A stretch of DNA of 23,314 nt from Myxococcota bacterium (GTDB lineage: Bacteria; Myxococcota_A; Polyangia; Polyangiales; Sandaracinaceae): contig JAYZQJ010000154.1 of NCBI GenBank assembly GCA_036149055.1, positions 1 through 23,314 on the forward strand, read 5' to 3'. Each line of letters starts with the position of its first letter. The stretch's first letter is position 1. The notes under the pieces were generated by a model that saw nothing but the letters and a program-made list of their open reading frames with translations, searched no databases and was not told the DNA's origin. The position numbers were made by a program, and so were the translations under genes. Shown here piece after piece: positions 16,309 to 23,314 of the stretch.

Positions 16309-18513
16309 TTAATCCGCGTCGTTAACGCAGCCGACGAGCGCGTAGCCGTCCTCGCTGCGGGTGATCGCGTCGCGCAGGCCGGCGGCGCGCAGGTGGCTGA
16401 GGGCGACCCGGAGCCGGTTGCGACCCGAGCCCTCCACCAGCCGCTCCCCCCAGACCCGGCGGGTGAGCTCGGCGGGCGGCAGCGCGCGATCGCCCGCGTC
16501 GGCGAGCACGCGCAGCACGCGCCACATCGGCGAGCGGGCCGCGAGCGACACCTCGACGCCGCGGTAGGTGAAGGCGCGCCGCCGCGGGTGGAGCCGCACC
16601 GTCTCGTGCCGGGCGACGTCGAGCTCCCGCCGCCGCAGCGTGTGCGCCGCCAGCGCGTGCGCGCAGCGGAGGTGCAGCGAGTCGTGCTCGCCACGGGGGC
16701 GGGGCGCGAGGCGGGCGAGCGCGCTCCAGGCTCGGGGCGGGAGTCGCCCGGCCGCGGCGCCCGGGCTCACCGGGCAGGCGTGGAGCGCGCGCGCCGCGAC
16801 CCGGCAGACCTGGACCACGGAGGCGCGCGCCGGGTCGTCGGCGAGCCGACGCGCCGCGTCGAGCGGCGGGCGCCAGGGCTCGCCGCGCGCCGCGCGCGCG
16901 ACCGAGAGGAGCGCGAGGGCGGTGGACCGGGAGGGCCCGGCGTCCGCCTCCCGGAGCGCCGCCTCCGCCCGCTCGAGCTCGTCGACCGCGTCGTCGAGGC
17001 GCCCTCGCGCCAGCGCGACCCGGCCGGCGTAGACGCGCCAGAGCGCCACGAAGAGCGGCGGGGCCGGCGCTCGCAGCGCGCGCTCGAGCGCCTCGGCCGC
17101 TTCGTCGAGCCGGCCCGAGAGCTCTCGGGCGAGCGCGACGAACGAGGCGAGCGCGCCGCGCCGGCCCGGGGGGAGGCACGACGCGTCGAGCGCGGTCTCC
17201 GTCGCGTCGCCGTCACCGAGGAGCGCCGCCGCCCGCTCCGGGCGCCCGAGCTCGAGGTGGATCACCGCGCCGACCATGCGCCCCTCGAGCTGCCAACGCG
17301 CGCCGCCCCAGCGCGCGTGGCGCGCCTCGGCCTCCTCGAGGGCCACGAACGCGGCCTCGGCGGCGCCGCGGTCGCGGGCGACGTGCGCGCGCGTCAGCCA
17401 GGCGCCCGCCGCGGCGGCCTCGTCCGCCTCGGCCTGCTGCGCGCGTGCCAGGAGCGGCTCCGCGGCCGCGGCGCGCCCGGCGTTGAACGCGGCCCGCGCG
17501 TGGACGAGCGCCGCCCTCGGGCCGTCGAGCCCGTCGAGCACGGCCGCGAGCGCGTCCGGGCGGCCGGCCACCCGGAAGCTCTCCGCCAGCGCGAGCCGCA
17601 GCGGGGGCGCGTCGGGGTGCGCGCTGCCGAGGTCTCGGAGGGCCCGCACCGCGTGGCCCACCGCGCGGTCGCGAGGCGCGCCGGTCGCCGTGACGAGCCA
17701 GCCGAGGCAGGCCCCGGCGCGCGCCTCGGCCGGCCCGTCTCCGGTGGCCAGCGCCTCGAGCGCGCCGGCGTGCCGCGCGAGGAGCGCGAGGGCGCCGGGC
17801 TGCCCGAGCCACTCGCCCGCCTCGTGCAGGCCCGCCGACCAGCGCCCGACGGCCCGCAGGGCGGCCGCGCCGTCCGCGCGAGCGCGCGCCACCGGGGCGA
17901 GCGGCGTCGGGATCCAGAGCGCGCCCGCGGAGACGACCCGCAGCAGCCCACGATCGTGGAGCGCGCGCGCGGCGTCGAGGTCGAGGTCGGCGAGGGGGAG
18001 GGCGTGCTCCGGCGCGATCGCTTCCGTCAGCTCCGCGAGGACCGACCACCCATCGACCGTCGAACGGGGCAGCCCGGTCAGTCGCCGCTCGACCTCCGAC
18101 GACAGGGCCGCGAAGAGTGAGGGCGGCATCCGGCCGCGCTCGAGCTCCTCCCGCGCGACCTCGAACCCGAGCTCGGCGGCGCGCCTCCCGAGCGCCACCG
18201 CGACCGCGACGAGGCCCGCGCTCCACTCCGCGAGGAACGCCACCTCGGGGTCCGACAGCGGGCCGCGCCGGAGCGGAGCCTTCCGGTGGGCTGCCCGCAG
18301 GATCGACGCGATCGGCCCGTCGGGGCCGGCGAAGCCGAGCGGCTCCACCACCGCGGCCGCGCGAGCCCGGCGTCGCGTACGGGTGACTCGAGGGGCGCGG
18401 TCGAGCACCCAGCCGACGCCGACCCCGGGCTCTCCGAACACCCGGTCTCCGGCGCGGAGGCGCCGACGCAAGGCGCGTCTGTGTCGATCGCGCCCGATCG
18501 CGTCCGGCTGCAC
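16309..18513 (-). CDS. Putative transcriptional regulator: degenerate N-terminal ATPase-like region, TPR-like helices, C-terminal OmpR-type winged helix
   Basis: C-terminal LRVLADAGDRALPPAELTRRVWGE...NRLRVALSHLRAAGLRDAITRSEDGYAL resembles a trans_reg_C wHTH. Central Ala/Leu TPR-like repeats. N-terminal IGRD...GEPGVG. TACCGT box 6 nt before GTG 18513. Confidence 0.7.
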   Translation of the reverse strand: MQPDAIGRDRHRRALRRRLRAGDRVFGEPGVGVGWVLDRAPRVTRTRRRARAAAVVEPLGFAGPDGPIASILRAAHRKAPLRRGPLSDPEVAFLAEWSAGLVAVAVALGRRAAELGFEVAREELERGRMPPSLFAALSSEVERRLTGLPRSTVDGWSVLAELTEAIAPEHALPLADLDLDAARALHDRGLLRVVSAGALWIPTPLAPVARARADGAAALRAVGRWSAGLHEAGEWLGQPGALALLARHAGALEALATGDGPAEARAGACLGWLVTATGAPRDRAVGHAVRALRDLGSAHPDAPPLRLALAESFRVAGRPDALAAVLDGLDGPRAALVHARAAFNAGRAAAAEPLLARAQQAEADEAAAAGAWLTRAHVARDRGAAEAAFVALEEAEARHARWGGARWQLEGRMVGAVIHLELGRPERAAALLGDGDATETALDASCLPPGRRGALASFVALARELSGRLDEAAEALERALRAPAPPLFVALWRVYAGRVALARGRLDDAVDELERAEAALREADAGPSRSTALALLSVARAARGEPWRPPLDAARRLADDPARASVVQVCRVAARALHACPVSPGAAAGRLPPRAWSALARLAPRPRGEHDSLHLRCAHALAAHTLRRRELDVARHETVRLHPRRRAFTYRGVEVSLAARSPMWRVLRVLADAGDRALPPAELTRRVWGERLVEGSGRNRLRVALSHLRAAGLRDAITRSEDGYALVGCVNDAD

Positions 18514-18580
18514 CGCTCGACGGTACCAGAGGCGAGGCCCACGGTGGGGGTGCAGGGGAGCTGAATCTCTGTCAGTCTCG

Positions 18581-19195
18581 ATGCCGATGATGCATTCGCG
18601 GCTTCACCGGTCCCCGGCCCCCGCGGCCATCCTCGCGCTGGCGAGCTGTGCCCTGGCGACCTGTGCCCTGGTGAGCTGTGGCGAGGCCGAGAGCCCGGTC
18701 GCTGGCGACGCCGGAACCGCCAGCGAGGTGAGCTGCGAGGTGTCCTGCGGAGTCTCGGCCGGGGCGCTGGTCGAGCGGGCGGAGGCCTGCGGGATGGACC
18801 GCCCGAGCCTCGAGGGGCCGCCCCCCGCGAGCGGGTGCCAGAGCGACGCGGAGTGCGAGGAGGGCGTCGGTCCGCGCTGCACCCGGGCCCACAGCGCGGG
18901 GGTCTGCACCGCTCACGAGTGCCTGACGAGCGACGACTGCGGCGCGGGCGAGGTGTGCGCGTGCGGCGTCGGCCCGCTCGCCCAGAACCGCTGCCTCGAG
19001 GATCGATGCGCGGGCGGAGAGTGCTTCGTCGCCCACGGCTGCGGCGGCCCGGAGGGCGTGCTGAACGGACCCTTCGCCGCCGCCTCGCGCACCGAGGCCG
19101 ACGCGTGCCGGACCGACGCCGACTGCGAGGAGGGCGCGGAGCGCTGCACCTTCGCCGACGGCCGCTGGGCCTGCGTCGGCGCGTGCAGCGATTGA
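18581..19195 (+). CDS. Cys-rich putative lipoprotein
   Basis: Protein-like C-terminal part of ORF 17276..19195. Signal-like AAILALASCALATCALVSCG, then repeated C-x-x-D-x-x-C motifs (CQSDAEC, CLTSDDC, CRTDADC). Start uncertain among the ATGs at 18581, 18587 and 18590. Confidence 0.75.
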   Translation: MPMMHSRLHRSPAPAAILALASCALATCALVSCGEAESPVAGDAGTASEVSCEVSCGVSAGALVERAEACGMDRPSLEGPPPASGCQSDAECEEGVGPRCTRAHSAGVCTAHECLTSDDCGAGEVCACGVGPLAQNRCLEDRCAGGECFVAHGCGGPEGVLNGPFAAASRTEADACRTDADCEEGAERCTFADGRWACVGACSD

Positions 19196-19249
19196 GCGTG
19201 CTGGGAGGGGCTTTCAGGGCGGCAAGGTCTGCCGCACCTCGAGCGGCCT

Positions 19250-19870
19250 TCACTCCTCGGGGGGCGACATCAGCTGAGCGACCTCGTGTCGCCCGGTGAT
19301 CTCCTCCCAGGTCGGGAGGATGTTGTCGCTCGCGACGGTGAGCACCCGGAGGCGCAGGACCACGCGCGTCACGGTGGAGGTCTGGCTGAAGCGGACCTGG
19401 CGGCCTTTGCTCTGCTCGAAGACCGCCTCGGAGCCCGGGCGCGGGAAGGGGTGGCTCAGCTCCATCGCCTCGCCGTCCCGGCGCTGACCGCCGACGAGCC
19501 GGGCGCCGACGAGGGCGTGGTCGGAGTGCGTGCGTCGGGTCGCCTGGTCGACGACCGCGATGCAGACCAGGCGCGAGTCGAGCGCGTAGATCGTGTTGCG
19601 CGTCCAGATCTCGACGAAGGTCCACTCGTGGTCGGGCAGCGGCGCGGTGCGTCGCTCGTGGATGAGATCGATGTCGACCGCGGGCTGGCCTCGCCGGCCG
19701 ACGTGTCGCTCGGGCTTCTGCGGGCTCGAGACCACCGGCGTCCCTTTCTCCTCCTCGAACCGCGCCTGCTCGGGCTCGAGGTCTTCGGGCGGGCGAGGCT
19801 TGGGCGGCCCGAAGCCGCGGAAGGTGTTCCGCTTCCCCCGGTCCCCGCCCTTTCCAGCGTCGTCGCCCAT
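19250..19870 (-). CDS. Hypothetical protein (206 aa)
   Basis: Natural composition. Globular-looking core EIWTRNTIYALD...CIAVVD...HALVGARLVGGQ...HPFPRPGSEAVF...SQTSTV. TAGCCT box 8 nt upstream. Confidence 0.75.
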   Translation of the reverse strand: MGDDAGKGGDRGKRNTFRGFGPPKPRPPEDLEPEQARFEEEKGTPVVSSPQKPERHVGRRGQPAVDIDLIHERRTAPLPDHEWTFVEIWTRNTIYALDSRLVCIAVVDQATRRTHSDHALVGARLVGGQRRDGEAMELSHPFPRPGSEAVFEQSKGRQVRFSQTSTVTRVVLRLRVLTVASDNILPTWEEITGRHEVAQLMSPPEE

Positions 19871-19970
19871 GGCGGGGAAGGCTACACGAGCGGCGGGCCG
19901 GACGCGACCGGATGGTGACGCTCCAAACGCCTTCCTTCGCGGCGCCCCATTTCGGTATTCTCCCGCTGCC

Positions 19971-22900
19971 GTGAACTCGAAGACTTGCCCTCGCTGCCAG
20001 ACGCAGAACCCCGCGAACGCGGGCGCCTGCTACAACTGCGGCACTCAGCTCTCCCAGCCGGGGTACGCCCCGCCGCAGGGGAGCCAACCCGGCTACGCCC
20101 CTCCGCAGCAAGGTCACCCTCAGCAGGGACGGCCTCCGCAGGGGCAGCCGCAGAGCTATCCGGGACATCCGCCGCAGGGGAGCCAGCCGGGTTACGGGCA
20201 GCAGCCGCCGCAGGCGGCGCCGTCGGGCGGCGGCGTGCCGAAGTCGACGATGGCGATGAGCTCGCAGGACGCCATGAAGGCGCTCAGCGCGGCCGGGCTG
20301 TCCGTCCCGGGGCAGCAGCAGTCGTCGCCCTCGATGCCGGCGGCGCAGGGCGAGATCACCATCGGCCGCGATCCCTCGAACACGATCGTGCTCGAGAACC
20401 CGGTCGTCTCGGCGCGCCACGCCCGCATCACCCGCAACCCCCAGGGCGGCCTGCTCGTCGAGGATCTCGGCTCGACCAACGGCACCTACCTGCGCGGCGA
20501 GCGCATCCAGCAGCGGGTGGTCACGCTCCAGGACGACATCTACCTCGGCTCGGCGCCGCTGCGCATGACCGACCCCCGGGTGTCGGCGCTGATCCTGCGC
20601 ATCAACCGCCCGCCGACCAAGGGCCAGCCCTTCACCGTCGGCAGCGACGGCGGCTGCGACATCGTCATCCACGACCCGCAGGTGGCGCCGCGGCACGCTC
20701 AGCTCACGGAGCTGCCCGATGGCTCCTACCAGGTCCAGGACCTCGGCAGCCCGAACGGCACCGCGATCGACAACGCGAGCTTCCGCATCCAGCAGGCGAT
20801 GGCGAAGCCGTCCAGCGTGGTGCTGCTCGGCGGCTTCTCGCTCCCGCTCCAGCTCCTCCAGCGCATGGTGGAGAACGCCAAGGGCGAGGGCAGCGTCATG
20901 CAGATGGCCGAAGCGGCCGTGCAGGGCCTCAACCTCGACAAGCCGGTCATCACCGTCGGCCGCGCTCCCGGCAACGATCTGATCCTGCCGCACCCGTCGG
21001 TCTCGAGCCGCCACGCGCAGATCAGCAAGCAGCAAGACGGCCGCTTCCAGATCCGCGATCTCGGCTCGACCAACGGCACCTACGTCAACGGCCAGCGGGT
21101 CGCGCAGCCCGTCGTCGCCGGCCCGGGCGATCGGGTCACGGTCGGCGCGGTCACCCTGCTCCTCGGCGCCCGCGGCATCGAGGGCGCGCAGCGCGCCAAG
21201 GTCCGCCTCGACCTCGTGCAGGTCGGCCTCACGGTGAAGGACCGCAGCACCGGCAAGCCGCGCGCGCTGCTCGACAACGTCAACATGTCGATCTTCCCGG
21301 GCGAGCTGATCGGCATGCTCGGCCCGTCCGGAGCCGGCAAGAGCACCCTGCTGATGACGGTGCTCGGGATCATCCGCCCGACCAACGGCGGCGTGCTGCT
21401 CAACGGAAAGCCCCTCTTCAGCCAGTACGAGTCGTTCCGGACCAACGTCGGCTACGTGCCGCAGGACGACATCGTGCACCCGGAGCTCACCGTCCGGGAG
21501 GCGCTGCGCTACGCGTGCAAGCTGCGCCTGCCGTCCGGCACGTCGAAGAAGCACATCGAGGAGTCGATCGACGCGACGCTCAAGGAGGTCGGCCTCTGGG
21601 AGCAGCGCGATCTCCGCATCGGCAGCGCCGAGCAGAAGGTGCTCTCCGGCGGTCAGCGCCGCCGCGTGAACCTCGCGGTCGAGCTGGTCACGGACCCGTC
21701 GCTGCTCATCCTCGACGAGCCGACGTCGGGTCTGAGCTGGACCGACGCGGCCGACGTCATCAGCACGCTGCGCCGCCTGGCCGACAACGGCCGCACGATC
21801 GTCGTCACGATCCACCAGCCGGACTACCAGGAGTACGAGAAGTTCGACTCGGTCTGCATCCTCGGCCGCGGCGGCAAGCTGCTCTTCTTCGGGCCGCCGT
21901 CGCCCGACAGCTACGACTTCTTCGGCGCCGCGCCCGGCAAGCCGCGCGAGATGTTCGACCACCTCGAGCAGCTCCCCGCCGACCAGTGGCGGGAGCAGTA
22001 CCATCAGACCGAGACCTATCGGCGCTTCGTCGTCGAGCGGGCCGGCAACGCCCAGGCGCAGAGCGGCGGCGCCCCACCCAAACCGCGGCCACGCAGCTCG
22101 CTCCGGCAGTTCCCGGTCCTGCTCGGCCGCTCGCTCAAGCTGACCCTGCGCAACCGGGTCGCGCTGTTCCTGCTCGTGATCCAGGCGCCGCTGCTCGCGG
22201 TGCTCATCGGGCTCACGACCGGAGGCGCGACGAGCTTCCAGGTCCCGATGTTCGGCTGCAGCACCCGGGACGAGGCCACCGATCAGTGCGCGGGCATCGA
22301 CGACCGCATCGCCTGTGATCCGCAGCGGCGCATGGCGGTGGCCGCGCGCCTGCCGGACCTCACGACGCCGCACGCCGACGACCGGGTGAAGGACCCACGG
22401 ACGGCGCTGCTCGCGATGCTGATGGCGCTCTTCCTGCCGATGATCATCGCCAGCTCGAACGTGCTCGTCAGCGAGCGCACGGTCTACGAGCGAGAACGCC
22501 TCGCCGGCCTGAACATCCTGCCCTACGTGACCGCGCGGCTCTGGGTGCTCTTCATGCTGGGGGCGGTGGTCGTGGTGCTGCACGTGCCCATCGCCTACTT
22601 CATGTGCGACCTCGACGGCGCCGACGGGTTCGTCGGCAAGATCGTCAACCTCGGCAAGTACATGTTCGTCGGCTTCTGCGTGACCAGCACCGCGGCGGCG
22701 ATGGGCATGGCGCTCAGCGCCGCGGTGTCGAACCCGGTGAGCGCGCTCTGGGGCATCAACTTCCTGGTCATCCCGCAGCTGCTCTTCGCCGGCTCGATCA
22801 GCCGCCTGCAGGACCTGACCGGCGTGCTCAGCTGGTTCACCGCCACCCGCTACGGGCTCGAGGCGCTGACCGCGGTCGACCTCCGCTCCCGCGAGAACCT

Positions 22901-23081
22901 CGCCGACTGCCAGGTCGAGCGATACCTCGAGAACATGCCCAACTTCTTCAACGACCCCGACGCCCTGCTCGGCGGGTTCGTGACCGACTTCCCGCTGATC
23001 TTCGCGGCGATCGGGATGGGCTTCATCAGCTTCGTCGCCTTCGTGCTCACGTCGATCCTGCTGAAGATGAAGGACAAGTAG
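19971..23081 (+). CDS. FHA-domain ABC transporter (ABCG-type NBD fused to ABC-2 permease, Rv1747-like) with N-terminal zinc ribbon and three FHA domains
   Basis: Likely GTG start at 19971. CPRC...CYNC, a P/Q/G-rich linker, three FHA-like units (IGRD..SARHA..DLGSTNGT; VGSD..APRHA..DLGSPNGT; VGRA..SSRHA..DLGSTNGT), Walker A GPSGAGKST, LSGGQ, LILDEPTSGL, TIHQP, C-terminal TM helices with ERTVYERER. Confidence 0.93.
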   Translation: MNSKTCPRCQTQNPANAGACYNCGTQLSQPGYAPPQGSQPGYAPPQQGHPQQGRPPQGQPQSYPGHPPQGSQPGYGQQPPQAAPSGGGVPKSTMAMSSQDAMKALSAAGLSVPGQQQSSPSMPAAQGEITIGRDPSNTIVLENPVVSARHARITRNPQGGLLVEDLGSTNGTYLRGERIQQRVVTLQDDIYLGSAPLRMTDPRVSALILRINRPPTKGQPFTVGSDGGCDIVIHDPQVAPRHAQLTELPDGSYQVQDLGSPNGTAIDNASFRIQQAMAKPSSVVLLGGFSLPLQLLQRMVENAKGEGSVMQMAEAAVQGLNLDKPVITVGRAPGNDLILPHPSVSSRHAQISKQQDGRFQIRDLGSTNGTYVNGQRVAQPVVAGPGDRVTVGAVTLLLGARGIEGAQRAKVRLDLVQVGLTVKDRSTGKPRALLDNVNMSIFPGELIGMLGPSGAGKSTLLMTVLGIIRPTNGGVLLNGKPLFSQYESFRTNVGYVPQDDIVHPELTVREALRYACKLRLPSGTSKKHIEESIDATLKEVGLWEQRDLRIGSAEQKVLSGGQRRRVNLAVELVTDPSLLILDEPTSGLSWTDAADVISTLRRLADNGRTIVVTIHQPDYQEYEKFDSVCILGRGGKLLFFGPPSPDSYDFFGAAPGKPREMFDHLEQLPADQWREQYHQTETYRRFVVERAGNAQAQSGGAPPKPRPRSSLRQFPVLLGRSLKLTLRNRVALFLLVIQAPLLAVLIGLTTGGATSFQVPMFGCSTRDEATDQCAGIDDRIACDPQRRMAVAARLPDLTTPHADDRVKDPRTALLAMLMALFLPMIIASSNVLVSERTVYERERLAGLNILPYVTARLWVLFMLGAVVVVLHVPIAYFMCDLDGADGFVGKIVNLGKYMFVGFCVTSTAAAMGMALSAAVSNPVSALWGINFLVIPQLLFAGSISRLQDLTGVLSWFTATRYGLEALTAVDLRSRENLADCQVERYLENMPNFFNDPDALLGGFVTDFPLIFAAIGMGFISFVAFVLTSILLKMKDK

Positions 23082-23116
23082 CGCTCGACTCGGGCCGGGC
23101 AGCCCGGGTCGAGCGC
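23081..23116 (+). terminator. Stem-loop immediately after the ABC transporter stop codon
   Basis: GCGCTCGACTCGGG (23081-23094) pairs with CCCGGGTCGAGCGC (23103-23116): 14-bp stem with one G-U pair and an 8-nt loop. No U-tract, so terminator function is uncertain. Confidence 0.45.
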
Positions 23117-23314
23117 CAGAGCCGAGCCGGTGAGGACGGCGGCCAGCTCGCGCGCAGCGCGAGCGCGAGCCGCAGGGCCCCCGGCGCCCCGTCGCCGGGG
23201 TCGGGGCTGAGCGGAGCGAGGCCCCGGAGTGGGTGGGGGGGCCCCGCGGAAGCCGGTACAGCGGCGCGTGCATAGGGCGCGGATGCGCCCGGAGTCGCGC
23301 GCCGTTGTGCCGGC

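Noticed and set aside
7816..18120. Long ORFs 7816..10116 (+), 14881..18120 (+) and similar
   Set aside because: Antisense or off-frame shadows of well-supported genes, with low-complexity Arg/Gly/Ala composition.
19219..19235. Small hairpin GCGGCA-AGGTC-TGCCGC between convergent genes as a terminator
   Set aside because: Only a 6-bp stem with no U-tract; expected by chance at this GC content.
18078..23273. 1731-aa minus-strand ORF
   Set aside because: Antisense shadow of the FHA-ABC gene and its neighbours, expected from stop-codon scarcity in high-GC DNA; no domain motifs.

Overview
Very GC-rich bacterial DNA. Gene content (HRDISPSN-type Ser/Thr kinase, YhhN, Cys-rich lipoprotein, FHA-ABC transporter) suggests a myxobacterium; this is inference. 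The window opens with the 3' end of a REP-associated (RAYT-like, Y1/HUH) tyrosine transposase. It is followed by about 2 kb of apparently non-coding DNA carrying about 16 irregularly spaced copies, in both orientations, of a ~20-bp motif (CGCGCTCGA(T/A)TCGGC(A/G)GAGATG), arranged as inverted doublets and higher-order duplicated blocks. The rest is dense coding DNA: two convergent MenA/UbiA-like prenyltransferase paralogues around a conserved hypothetical gene, a membrane Ser/Thr kinase, a PLP trans-sulfuration enzyme, a TPR protein, a BtuF/TroA-like protein without signal peptide coupled to a [2Fe-2S] ferredoxin, an extended SDR, a beta-CASP MBL nuclease with a 1-bp frameshift, a 66-bp repeat cluster, an HD protein, YhhN, a lipoprotein, a degenerate STAND-like regulator with C-terminal wHTH, a Cys-rich lipoprotein, a hypothetical protein and a zinc-ribbon/3xFHA ABC transporter. 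Many genes that start a transcription unit have a TANNNT box 5-9 nt before the start codon, suggesting widespread leaderless or very short-leader transcription. Most long ORFs in the supplied track are GC-rich shadow frames. No rRNA, tRNA or CRISPR array was seen.
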